Shown: positions 19,910 through 28,540 of the stretch, piece by piece
How positions within the stretch are numbered: position 1 is the stretch's first letter
Layout: each line of letters opens with the position of its first letter
Assembly (NCBI GenBank): GCA_945876185.1
Contig: CAMCMZ010000010.1
Span: forward strand, 4,614-68,613
Length of the DNA: 64,000 nucleotides
Source: Candidatus Kuenenia stuttgartensis
GTDB taxonomy: Bacteria > Planctomycetota > UBA11346
Direction of reading: 5' to 3'
Notes under the pieces: generated by a model
The model's input: the letters and a program-made list of their open reading frames with translations, nothing else
Database searches by the model: none
What the model was told of the DNA's origin: nothing
Position numbers and translations under genes: made by a program

Positions 19910-21283
19910 ATGGTGCAGATCAATTTCGGTCAGCGCGAGGTCAGCTGCAAGGTGGTGTTCTATGGCCCCGGCATGTCGGGGAAGACCACGAATCTTGAGA
20001 TCATCCACAAGAAGGCGCCCAAAGATGCCGTGGGCGAGATGGTGTCGATCGCTACCGAGACCGATCGTACGCTGTACTTCGACTTCCTGCCGCTCGACCT
20101 CGGTCAGGTCGCAGGCATGCGCACCAAGTTCGCGCTCTACACCGTGCCGGGTCAGATCTACTACAACGCGACCCGCAAGCTGGTGCTGCAGAGCGTCGAT
20201 GGCGTCATCTTCGTCGCCGATTCGAACCCGGACAAGATGAGCGAAAACCTGGAATCCCTCCAGAACCTGCGCGACAACCTGAACGAGATGGGCCTCACCA
20301 TCGACGATCAGAGCAGTCAGGGCTTCGTGCCGGTGGTACTGCAATACAACAAGCGCGACCTGCCCAACGCGTTGCCGGTGGCGGACATTGATGCGCAGAT
20401 CAACCCGATGAAGGCCCCGACCTTCGAGGCCTGCGCCCGCGACGGCAAGGGCGTGTTCGCAACCCTGAAGGAGATCTCGCGCCTGGTGATCGAGAAGCTC
20501 AACCGCGAGCACGCCCCCGCCGCCAATCGCCGGCGTACCGCGACCTCGATGACCCCGGTGGGGCAATCAGCGCTGCCGCTCCCGTCGGGCGCACCGCCCT
20601 CGCCGCCGCCAAGCACCACGACCGGATCCAGGCCGTCAGTGATGGCGGTCGCCCCGCAGTCTGGCGGCACCCCGGCCGGCGGACAGCCCACCGTGGCCAA
20701 TACACCGCGTCCGCCGCCGGCCGCGATCCGTCCGCCGCCGCCCCGTCCGGCACCACCGCCACCCACGGCCAGCCCGACCATGACCCCGAATCGGCCGATG
20801 CCGGTGACCTCGCCGACGCCGTCACGGGCGATGCCGAGTCCGCCGCCGCCACGCCCCTATCAGCCGCCCGTGCCGGCGGCCACCCCGGCGCCGACTCCTG
20901 CGGATGAACTCAGTCCGCGCGAGAAGCATCTCAGCAAGCCCAAGCCGCCGACCATCACCAGCGCGGCGAAAGCCCCGACGCCGGATCTCGGCCACACCGA
21001 GCCGAACCTGAAGCGCTACCAGCAGCAGTCGAACGGTGGCGGCGCGCTCAAGACGCTCGCGATGATCTCGCTGGTGCTGATCGCCATCCTCGTCGTCTTC
21101 ACGATCCTGATCATCTTCGTCCCCTTCGTGCGCAAAGCGGTGCGGCCGATCTTCCCACCCGGCATCCAGCGCATGCTGATGGATGAGAACGAGAAGTCCG
21201 CCGCCCTGCCCCGGGCGGATCGCGTCCCGGTGGCGATCGTGCTGACCCGTGCCGGTGACGATGGGGTCGGCCATGGTCAGTGA
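19910..21283 (+). CDS. mglA: MglA-family Ras-like small GTPase with a long Pro-rich C-terminal extension and a C-terminal TM anchor
   Basis: The first ~195 aa are collinear with Myxococcus/Thermus MglA: P-loop GPGMSGKTTN, switch I ETDRTLYFDFLPL, switch II YTVPGQIYYN, NKRD box QYNKRDL. A ~180-aa Pro-rich region follows. The hydrophobic helix is ALKTLAMISLVLIAILVVFTILIIFVPFV (about nt 21044-21130), followed by a 50-aa tail. Confidence 0.9.
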   Translation: MVQINFGQREVSCKVVFYGPGMSGKTTNLEIIHKKAPKDAVGEMVSIATETDRTLYFDFLPLDLGQVAGMRTKFALYTVPGQIYYNATRKLVLQSVDGVIFVADSNPDKMSENLESLQNLRDNLNEMGLTIDDQSSQGFVPVVLQYNKRDLPNALPVADIDAQINPMKAPTFEACARDGKGVFATLKEISRLVIEKLNREHAPAANRRRTATSMTPVGQSALPLPSGAPPSPPPSTTTGSRPSVMAVAPQSGGTPAGGQPTVANTPRPPPAAIRPPPPRPAPPPPTASPTMTPNRPMPVTSPTPSRAMPSPPPPRPYQPPVPAATPAPTPADELSPREKHLSKPKPPTITSAAKAPTPDLGHTEPNLKRYQQQSNGGGALKTLAMISLVLIAILVVFTILIIFVPFVRKAVRPIFPPGIQRMLMDENEKSAALPRADRVPVAIVLTRAGDDGVGHGQ

Positions 21284-21794
21284 GAACGAGGCCCTGCGCC
21301 TGCGTCGGCTGGTCTTCTACGCCAATGACATCGAGAAGTTCAACCAGGCGCTGCTCGCCTTCGTACGCAAATCTAACGCCCAGGCCGTGCTGCTGGTCGA
21401 CAAGGACGGCCACCTTGTCGCCCGCCAGGGCTTCAAGCAGTCCGGCCACGACGGATCGTCGCTCGCGGCCTTGGTAGCGGGCAGCTTCGCCAGCACGCAA
21501 CAGGTCGCCAAGATCCTTGGTGAACCTGAGTTCCGCACCCTGTCGCATCAGGGTCAGACCCAAAGCATCAACGTCATCCTGGTCGGCGACCGTACCCTCC
21601 AGATCGCGGTGTTCTCGTCCCAGATCAAGCCGGGCATGATCCAGGTGATGTGCGCTGAATTGGCCAAGCAGATCGAGGCCCTCCTGGTCGAAGCCGGCAA
21701 GCGCATCCCGCTCGACGAGGGCGCCCAGCCGCTCGGCAAGGAATTCAACCAGGAAATGAAGAACCAGCTCGATTCCCTTTTCGGCAACCTCTGA
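21273..21794 (+). CDS. mglB: MglB-like Roadblock/LC7 protein (candidate MglA GAP)
   Basis: Collinear with Myxococcus MglB: AVLLVDKDGHLVARQG...SSLAALVAGSFASTQQVAKILGEPEF...INVILVGDRTLQIAVF, with a C-terminal acidic helix ending LDSLFGNL. The ATG at 21273 overlaps the mglA 3' end by 11 nt. Alternative starts exist at 21249 and 21261. Confidence 0.8.
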   Translation: MVSENEALRLRRLVFYANDIEKFNQALLAFVRKSNAQAVLLVDKDGHLVARQGFKQSGHDGSSLAALVAGSFASTQQVAKILGEPEFRTLSHQGQTQSINVILVGDRTLQIAVFSSQIKPGMIQVMCAELAKQIEALLVEAGKRIPLDEGAQPLGKEFNQEMKNQLDSLFGNL

Positions 21795-21890
21795 TTCCAA
21801 GATCCGGCCCGTCCTCCATCCGCCCATCCGACCGGGCCGCGCCTGCCCGCACTGGCGCTTGCGGCAATCCGGCATTACCTTTTCCCACGC

Positions 21891-24800
21891 ATGGGTTTCC
21901 AAGGCCAACTCAGTTCCGTCAACCTCTCGGACATCCTCCAGACGCTGCAGGTCAATCACCAGACCGGCGCCCTGGTGGTGGGTGGTGGCGATGATGCGGT
22001 GCGGGTCTGGTTCGACCAGGGCCAGATCGCCGCGTGCTATGCCCCCATCGTCGACAATCTGCCGTATTTGCTGCGGGCCCTGCTGCAAAAGGGCCTGATC
22101 CCGCCCGAACAGGCGCGCGACTTCGAGCGCCGCAACCGCGAGACCGGACAGCCGCTGCGTGAACTGCTGGAGGCCAGCGGCACGATCGGCATCGTCGAAC
22201 TCGACGAGGTGTGCGCCTGGTGCATCGAGGAGATCGTCTGCCCGATCTTTGAGCGCACCGAGGGCGAGTTCGCCTTCACCGACGGTGAACCGCCGCCGGA
22301 ACTGCTCGCTGCGACCAGCGTCTGGATGGGTGCCCTGCGCCTGCAGACCACCCAGCTCCTGCTAGAGGCCACCCGGCGCAAGGATGAATGGCAGCGCATC
22401 CGCGAAGTCATCACCGATCCCGCGGCGCTGCTGGTGGTCGACAACGACGGCCGCGCCAACCTGCGCAACCTCCAGACCGACCCCGACATGCTCAAGGTGC
22501 TGCGCTACCTCGACGGTCGCCACACCATCGACTCCATCGCCGAAGCGGTCGGGGTGACCCGCTTCGACTGTTTCACCATCGCAGCCCAGCTCGTCCTCGC
22601 CGGCGTCGCGCGCACCTGCACCGCGCAGGAGGTGGTCGAGGACGCGGTCCGGCTCAAGACCGATGGAGACTGCGTCAAGGCTGGTGAACTGCTGGAAAAC
22701 GTGCTGCGCACGGCGAAGGTCCCTGAGGTCCTGCGTCCGCTCGCCGAGATCAGCATCCAGATCAACCAGATCCCGCGCGCGGTCGAGCTCTACCTCGACC
22801 TCATCCAGCTCAGTCAGGATCAGGGCGACCTGGAAGCCGCGTTGACCGATCTCAACACTGTGATCGGGCTGTCACCGGACGACCCGGATCTCCACTTCGA
22901 ACGCGCTCAGGTCCTGGCAGACCTCGGCCACATCGAGCAGGCCGCCGCCGGCTACGGCAACGCGGCGCAGGCGTACCTCGCCACCAAAGACGTGAACAAG
23001 GCGATCGACTCCTGCCACCGCGCCAAGAACCTGCTGCCGCGCGCGCCGGAACCGCACCGCTACCTGGCCCGCGCCTACCTGCTGGAAGGCCAGACTGAAA
23101 ACGCCGCCGTCGAATACAAGGCGCTCTGGCATGCGTTGCTCACCATCACCAGTCCGCGCAAGGCCTTGGAAGAGCTGCGCGTCATCCTCGACAGCGACTG
23201 CAAATATCCGGCGATCAAGGATCAGGTGCTGTCGCACGCCCAGAACAGCGAAGCGGTCAAGACCAGCCGAGCCACGCGCCTATTGGTTTACGTCGTGCTC
23301 ATCCTGCTGCTCATCGTCGGCGCGTCGATCGGCTGGCTGACCTTCAGCAAGCTCAAAACCCAGCGCGACGGCCGCGAAGCGCTGCATGCCTTGGACGACC
23401 GTTTTGCCCGCGAACGCGAATCCTTGCCGCCGCCGCATGGGCTCATCCTCGATGACATCAGCCAGGTGCAATTTCGTTATCGTTCCTCTACCGAAGTGAC
23501 CCACGAGGCGGCGACCCTGACCGAGCAGGTGCGCAGCGATTGGGAAGCACGATCCAAGGCGCGCATCGATGAGGCCCTCGCCCTCGGCCGCAACGGCAGG
23601 TTTGAAGCAGCGCGCAATCTGCTCCTGCGAACCCAGACCGAATTCCGCGGCACCGATGCCGCCGCCAAGGTGGACAGCCTGGTGCAGGACATCCAGGGCA
23701 GCGCCATCAAGGTCGAGGTCGTCGCCAAGGTCGAGGAAGCCAAACGCAAATGGCAGGACCTGGACTGGGACGGCGCGGTGCGTGATCTCAAGCCCATCTT
23801 GGATCGCTCCGATCTGCCGCCCGACCTGCGCAGCGAATATCAGGGTTTGTCCTACCAGTGGACGGCAGCCCTGGCGAGCAGCGATGAACTGGGCAAACGG
23901 GCGGACCGCATCGCGGATCGCGGCGATCGCCGGGCCGCGATCGCCGCCTTCCGCCGCGCAGCATCCGGCCAGGGCGAGGCCGGTTGTGCTCGCGCCCGAT
24001 CGCGCCTTGCAGGATTGGAGCTGGATGACGCCAAGGACATCGCCACCCGGGCCCGGGATGCAGCCCAGCGCGGCGATGACGCCGGGGCCTTCGCCGCCGT
24101 TGAGCTGCTCCAGAACCTGGCGCGGGATTCGATCGCGATCTCGGTGCGCGACTTTGTCGCCAATCTCGAACTGCCGTTCACCCTGCGCGTCGATCACCAG
24201 GCGACCGTGCTGACCCTCCACCGCGCCGGCACGGCGACCACGGTGCGCCGACCGCAGGACGCAGTCGGTGCGTGGTCGCAGATGGTCCCGTGCCGCCTGT
24301 CAGAGGAGATCAGCGGCAGCGCCAGCCGGACCGGCTTCACCACCCTGCCATTCACCATTTCCATCAAGGACAAGCGCACCCAGATCGCGATCAGCCTGCG
24401 TCGCGGGCCGCGCTGGAGCGTGCCCCTGGCAGGTGCCGCCACGTTCGGGCCGGTGTCCGCCGACCGCTTCGCCGTCCTTGGCACCAGCCGGGCCACCTTC
24501 GAGATCGTCGACGCGGCCAGTGGCAACGTGCGGGCCGTGCCCTTCCCGGATTGCGTCACCGAATTCCGCCTGCCCGCGGCGATGCACCAGGGCCGGGCCT
24601 ACCTGCTGCTTGACGATCGCGTCGCCGCGATCGATGTCGCCACCCGCAATCTGCTCTGGACCTGGCCCCCCGAACGCTCCGCCATCCGTCAGAACTTCAA
24701 ACCGGTCGGTGGCATCGGCGCCGGCGACCATGAGCTGATCCAGGGCCAGATCCTGCTCTATCTCGGTTCCGGCCGATCCCAGTTGACCATCCTCGCCGTC

Positions 24801-25487
24801 GATGGGACCAGCGTCGTGGCGTATCCGCGGCTGCTCCTGCCCAACGACCTCAGCGGCCAGCCGACCGTCGGCCGCCACGGTCATTTCAGTGTCCTCACCG
24901 TTCCGGCCGGCAATCAACTCGTCGGGTTCGACGTCACCGCCATCACCGAGAGCACCAAGCCGCGCCAGTTGTTCAGCATCCGCACCCGAGGCGACCTGGA
25001 AGGCGTGCCGCAACGGGTGCGCGTGAAGGGCCGGCCGGCCTTGCTGCTGTGTGATATCAGCGGGCAATTGGTGGCGGTCGACACCGACCCCGAAGCCGAT
25101 GACAATCGCCGCGTGCTTGGGTCCTGGGCGGTCGATGGCGTCCGCCCCAGCACTCCGGTCATCCTGCCCGGTGGCAAGGTCGCGGTGACGGCGACCTCGG
25201 ATGGCCGCGTGGTCGCGATCGATCTGGAACGTCCGGGCCATATCCTGTGGCGCCATCCGCAGACCGGCAATCTGGCCCAGGTTCCCGGCCAGGTCGGGGT
25301 TGGCCGCAACACCATCTATGTTGCCGATGTCGCTGGCATCCTGCACGCCATCGACCCCGCCACCGGATCCGGCCTGTGGCGAGCGGATCTCGGCAGTCCG
25401 GCTTGCGCCAGCGTCTGGGCTGCGGACGGACGCATCCTGGTGCCGGTGCGGTCGGGGGCGTTGCTGTGTTTTGATGAGGGTGATTGA
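21891..25487 (+). CDS. Large DUF4388 (PATAN-like) - TPR - TM - coiled coil - PQQ-like beta-propeller protein
   Basis: The N-terminus GQLSSVNLSDILQTLQVNHQTGALVV matches the DUF4388/PatA-N-terminal pattern. Several TPR-like repeats occupy aa ~290-420. The single TM is RLLVYVVLILLLIVGASIGWLTF. The C-terminal ~430 aa carry repetitive beta-propeller/PQQ-like blades (GRVVAIDLERPGHILW, GILHAIDPATGSGLW, GALLCFD). Confidence 0.8.
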   Translation: MGFQGQLSSVNLSDILQTLQVNHQTGALVVGGGDDAVRVWFDQGQIAACYAPIVDNLPYLLRALLQKGLIPPEQARDFERRNRETGQPLRELLEASGTIGIVELDEVCAWCIEEIVCPIFERTEGEFAFTDGEPPPELLAATSVWMGALRLQTTQLLLEATRRKDEWQRIREVITDPAALLVVDNDGRANLRNLQTDPDMLKVLRYLDGRHTIDSIAEAVGVTRFDCFTIAAQLVLAGVARTCTAQEVVEDAVRLKTDGDCVKAGELLENVLRTAKVPEVLRPLAEISIQINQIPRAVELYLDLIQLSQDQGDLEAALTDLNTVIGLSPDDPDLHFERAQVLADLGHIEQAAAGYGNAAQAYLATKDVNKAIDSCHRAKNLLPRAPEPHRYLARAYLLEGQTENAAVEYKALWHALLTITSPRKALEELRVILDSDCKYPAIKDQVLSHAQNSEAVKTSRATRLLVYVVLILLLIVGASIGWLTFSKLKTQRDGREALHALDDRFARERESLPPPHGLILDDISQVQFRYRSSTEVTHEAATLTEQVRSDWEARSKARIDEALALGRNGRFEAARNLLLRTQTEFRGTDAAAKVDSLVQDIQGSAIKVEVVAKVEEAKRKWQDLDWDGAVRDLKPILDRSDLPPDLRSEYQGLSYQWTAALASSDELGKRADRIADRGDRRAAIAAFRRAASGQGEAGCARARSRLAGLELDDAKDIATRARDAAQRGDDAGAFAAVELLQNLARDSIAISVRDFVANLELPFTLRVDHQATVLTLHRAGTATTVRRPQDAVGAWSQMVPCRLSEEISGSASRTGFTTLPFTISIKDKRTQIAISLRRGPRWSVPLAGAATFGPVSADRFAVLGTSRATFEIVDAASGNVRAVPFPDCVTEFRLPAAMHQGRAYLLLDDRVAAIDVATRNLLWTWPPERSAIRQNFKPVGGIGAGDHELIQGQILLYLGSGRSQLTILAVDGTSVVAYPRLLLPNDLSGQPTVGRHGHFSVLTVPAGNQLVGFDVTAITESTKPRQLFSIRTRGDLEGVPQRVRVKGRPALLLCDISGQLVAVDTDPEADDNRRVLGSWAVDGVRPSTPVILPGGKVAVTATSDGRVVAIDLERPGHILWRHPQTGNLAQVPGQVGVGRNTIYVADVAGILHAIDPATGSGLWRADLGSPACASVWAADGRILVPVRSGALLCFDEGD

Positions 25488-25598
25488 AACCGCGGGGCGC
25501 TGCCCCGCAGGCCCCGCCAGGGCTGGCGCCCTGGACCCGGCCCTGCCCGGAAGGGCGTGCTGGCGCGTCCTTGCGTTGATCACGCGATTGCCCGGATG

Positions 25599-25634
25599 GG
25601 CGGGGAGGCGCTTCGCTGCCCGCCTACGGTTTTT
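25599..25634 (+). terminator. Possible intrinsic terminator (weak)
   Basis: GGCGGG-14 nt-CCCGCC, followed by tacggTTTTT. A 5-nt spacer before the T-run weakens the call. Confidence 0.35.
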
Positions 25635-25663
25635 GAATGAGGTGTCCTAGTCGTAACCGGATG

Positions 25664-25690
25664 GGCGGGGGCGCTGCTTGCCCGCTTTTT
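25664..25690 (+). terminator. Intrinsic (Rho-independent) terminator downstream of the MglA cluster
   Basis: GCGGG-ggcgctgcttg-CCCGC, immediately followed by TTTTT. It lies between convergent genes ending at 25487 (+) and 25746 (-). Confidence 0.6.
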
Positions 25691-25745
25691 GCGGGAACCT
25701 GCCGACCATGCCATCCGCCTGGGGCGGTTTAGGTCCTGAAGAAGA

Positions 25746-26498
25746 TTAGATCCCCTGGCCCAGGCGTTCGGAGAGGAAGCGGTTCAGGCCGGCGGCGAGG
25801 ATCTTCTTCTGGGTCTTGGGGACATCGTAGTCAAGGCGGTGGAAGGTGAGCATTTCGCCGTCGAAGGTGGCGAAGCTGGCGCGCACGTCGCGGTCGCGGG
25901 GCTGGCCGACCGAGCCGACGCAGATGTAGGCCTTGTGGCCTGGCGGCAGACGGAATTCGCGGTGGCCGTCGTGGGGGAAGATGGTCCCGAGCATGGTGGC
26001 CATGAACGGGGTGTGGTTGTGGCCGGCGAAGCAGAGATCGAAACCGGCGAAGTCGCGTGACAGGGTTTCGATCATCTGCTGGCTCTCGACGGGGTTTTCC
26101 GGTTCGTCGACGTAGTCGTGCACGGGGTCGTAGATCGAGCCGTGCACGAGCAGCATCTTGCCGCGCAGGACGAATGGCTTGCGCGCGGCGAACCAGTCGA
26201 GCGGGTGCTGGCCGTTCACCGCCGGGGATTCGGCGAGCTGCTTGCGCGTCCAGTCGATGGCGTGGGCGGCGTGAGGATTGAAGCGGTGGCGCTTGGTGAC
26301 CAGGGCCTCTTCATGGTTGCCCATCAGGCTGGCGGTGAACCGCCGGGTCGCGATCTCGGCCACGGCGCGCGGATCGGGTCCATAGCCGATGACATCGCCC
26401 AGGCAGAGGAATTCCTTGACGCCCAGGCGTTCGCATTCCTCCAGCACCACCTCGGTGGCCTCCAGGTTGGAATGGAGGTCGCTCAGGATCGCGATCAT
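25746..26498 (-). CDS. Metallophosphoesterase (calcineurin-like, YfcE/MJ0936-type)
   Basis: Motifs ILSDLHSN, LGDVIGYGP, GNHE, VHGS, GHNH. The start overlaps the maf stop (ATGA at 26495-26498). Confidence 0.85.
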   Translation of the reverse strand: MIAILSDLHSNLEATEVVLEECERLGVKEFLCLGDVIGYGPDPRAVAEIATRRFTASLMGNHEEALVTKRHRFNPHAAHAIDWTRKQLAESPAVNGQHPLDWFAARKPFVLRGKMLLVHGSIYDPVHDYVDEPENPVESQQMIETLSRDFAGFDLCFAGHNHTPFMATMLGTIFPHDGHREFRLPPGHKAYICVGSVGQPRDRDVRASFATFDGEMLTFHRLDYDVPKTQKKILAAGLNRFLSERLGQGI

Positions 26499-27154
26499 GG
26501 CTGGCCGCCGATCGCCGGGAATGCACCGGAACGGTTCGGCCGGCCGATGATCGGGACGATGCCGGGGAAGACCCGGTCGAGGGCTTCGCGGTAGAGCCGC
26601 ACCACGGCGGCCAGGTTCAGGCCGACCACGGTGTCCCAGCCGCCGGCCAGGTCGGCGATGAAGCGGTCGCCGCTTTCCTGGATGGCGTAGGCCCCGGCGC
26701 GGCCATCGGATTCACCGCTGTCGACGTAGGCGCGAATTTCCTCCGGAGTCATCCGGCGCATGGTGACCTTGGCCATGGCCACCGACACCGCTTCCGTGCC
26801 CAGGGTGCTGTCCGGGGCGACGGCGATGACGCAGGTGCCGGTGAAGACGTGGTGGGTGCTGCCGCTGAGGGCGGACAGGATGCGCATGGCATCGGTGCGG
26901 TCGGCCGGCTTGCCGATGAGCTCATTGCCCAGGGCGACCACGGTGTCGGCCGAGACCACTACTGATTCACCCGGAATAGGCGGTTTCAACACGGCGCCAC
27001 GCGCCTTGATGCGGGCGCGTTCGACCGCCAGGGCGGGCGCGGGGAGGCCGGTGACGGTCTCCTCGTCGCCGCTGCTCGCGACCACGGTGAAGGGGGCGGT
27101 GGTCCGCTTGAGGAGCGCGGCGCGCTGCGGACTTTGGCTGGCAAGGTAGATCAC
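26495..27154 (-). CDS. maf: Maf-like nucleoside-triphosphate pyrophosphatase
   Basis: The GTG start at 27154 gives VIYLASQSPQRAALL..., a typical Maf N-terminus. Further motifs: SADTVV, GKP, AGAYAIQ. The ORF-track extension to 27685 is antisense to hemL and was rejected. Confidence 0.85.
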   Translation of the reverse strand: MIYLASQSPQRAALLKRTTAPFTVVASSGDEETVTGLPAPALAVERARIKARGAVLKPPIPGESVVVSADTVVALGNELIGKPADRTDAMRILSALSGSTHHVFTGTCVIAVAPDSTLGTEAVSVAMAKVTMRRMTPEEIRAYVDSGESDGRAGAYAIQESGDRFIADLAGGWDTVVGLNLAAVVRLYREALDRVFPGIVPIIGRPNRSGAFPAIGGQP

Positions 27155-27172
27155 GCCCTCAGGATAGCCCGC

Positions 27173-28540
27173 ATGAGCCGCATCCGCAACCCGCGCCTGG
27201 CCCGCTTGTCCAAACCCGCCGACGCCCAGGCAGCTGAACGTCCGATCGCCGGACCGCGTTCGCGCCGGCTGTTCGCCCGCGCCAGCGCCGTCCTGCCTGG
27301 TGGAGTCAATTCGCCGGTGCGCGCCTGGAAGCGCCTCGGCGGTGAGCCGCCGACCATCGTGCGCGGCAAGGGAGCGCGCATCGAGGACGCCGATGGGCGC
27401 ACCTACATCGACTATGTGCTGTCGTGGGGCCCGCTCATTCTCGGTCATGCTCATCCGCAGGTAGTTGCAGCGGTGCGCGCTGCCGCCGGACACGGGCTCG
27501 GCTTCGGCGCTCCGACCACGGGTGAGACCGAACTGGCGGAACTCCTGCGTTCGGCGCTTCCATCCATGGAAAAAGTGCGCCTGGTGTCCTCCGGCACCGA
27601 GGCCTGCATGAGCGCCCTGCGCTTGGCGCGGGCCGCGACGAAGCGCGAGATCGTGATCAAGTGCGACGGCTGCTATCACGGCCACAGCGACCCCCTGCTG
27701 GTCGCGGCCGGCAGCGGCTGCGCCACGCTGAACACCCCGGATTCCTCAGGCGTTCCCGCCGCCTTCAGTGCGACCACGATCTCGATCCCGTTCAACGATC
27801 TCGTTGCCGCCGAACGCGTGTTCGCGGCGAATCCCGGCGCCGTGGCGGCGGTGATCGTCGAGCCGGTCGCCGGCAACATGGGTTTGGTGCTGCCGCGCCC
27901 GGAATGGCTGCCCGGCCTGCGAGCGCTGTGCGACGCCCATGGCAGCGTGCTGATCTTCGACGAGGTGATGACCGGTTTCCGCGTCGCCTGGGGCGGCTGG
28001 CAGAACGTGTGCGGCGTGCGGCCGGACCTCACCTGCCTCGGCAAGGTGATTGGCGGCGGTCTGCCGGTGGCGGCCTATGGTGGCCGGCGCGAGATCATGG
28101 ATCTGCTCGCACCGCTGGGCGGCTGCTATCAGGCCGGGACGCTGTCCGGCAATCCGGTCGCGGTCGCAGCCGGCCTGGCGACGCTGAAGCAGTGCGCGCA
28201 GCCTGGATTCTATGAGATCGAATCCACCCGGCTGACCTTGATGCTGCTGGGGTTCTCCTCGCTCGCCCAGGAATACGGTCTGCCGATGCAGTTCGCCCAG
28301 GCTGGATTGATGTGGGGATATGCGTTTTCCAGCACCCCGATCACCGATTACGCCAGCGCCGCCGCTGCCGATCTGGATCGCTGGCGTACGTTCTGCCGTG
28401 GCATGTTGCAGGAACGCATCTACCTCGCGCCAAGCCCGTTCGAGGCGGCCTTCTGGTCCTCGGCGCACGATCGCCGGGCGGTGGCGGCGACGCTCGCCGC
28501 CGCGGGCAAGGTCCTCAAGCGGATGCAGTCGCCGCAATGA
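27173..28540 (+). CDS. hemL: Glutamate-1-semialdehyde 2,1-aminomutase
   Basis: LFARASAVLPGGVNSPVRAW, the PLP-lysine region CLGKVIGGGLP and the overall length are typical of HemL. The start is uncertain: ATG at 27173 or TTG at 27134. Confidence 0.9.
   Translation: MSRIRNPRLARLSKPADAQAAERPIAGPRSRRLFARASAVLPGGVNSPVRAWKRLGGEPPTIVRGKGARIEDADGRTYIDYVLSWGPLILGHAHPQVVAAVRAAAGHGLGFGAPTTGETELAELLRSALPSMEKVRLVSSGTEACMSALRLARAATKREIVIKCDGCYHGHSDPLLVAAGSGCATLNTPDSSGVPAAFSATTISIPFNDLVAAERVFAANPGAVAAVIVEPVAGNMGLVLPRPEWLPGLRALCDAHGSVLIFDEVMTGFRVAWGGWQNVCGVRPDLTCLGKVIGGGLPVAAYGGRREIMDLLAPLGGCYQAGTLSGNPVAVAAGLATLKQCAQPGFYEIESTRLTLMLLGFSSLAQEYGLPMQFAQAGLMWGYAFSSTPITDYASAAAADLDRWRTFCRGMLQERIYLAPSPFEAAFWSSAHDRRAVAATLAAAGKVLKRMQSPQ

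Noticed and set aside
27155-27685. N-terminal 177-codon extension of the maf ORF (track ORF 26495-27685).
   Set aside because: The extension is antisense to hemL and has no Maf similarity. The Maf homology starts exactly at the GTG at 27154.
28312-28536. Upstream extension of the rlmN-like ORF (track start 28312).
   Set aside because: It overlaps the 3' end of hemL in another frame. An ATG at 28537 forms a classical ATGA stop/start overlap and yields a normal-length RlmN.
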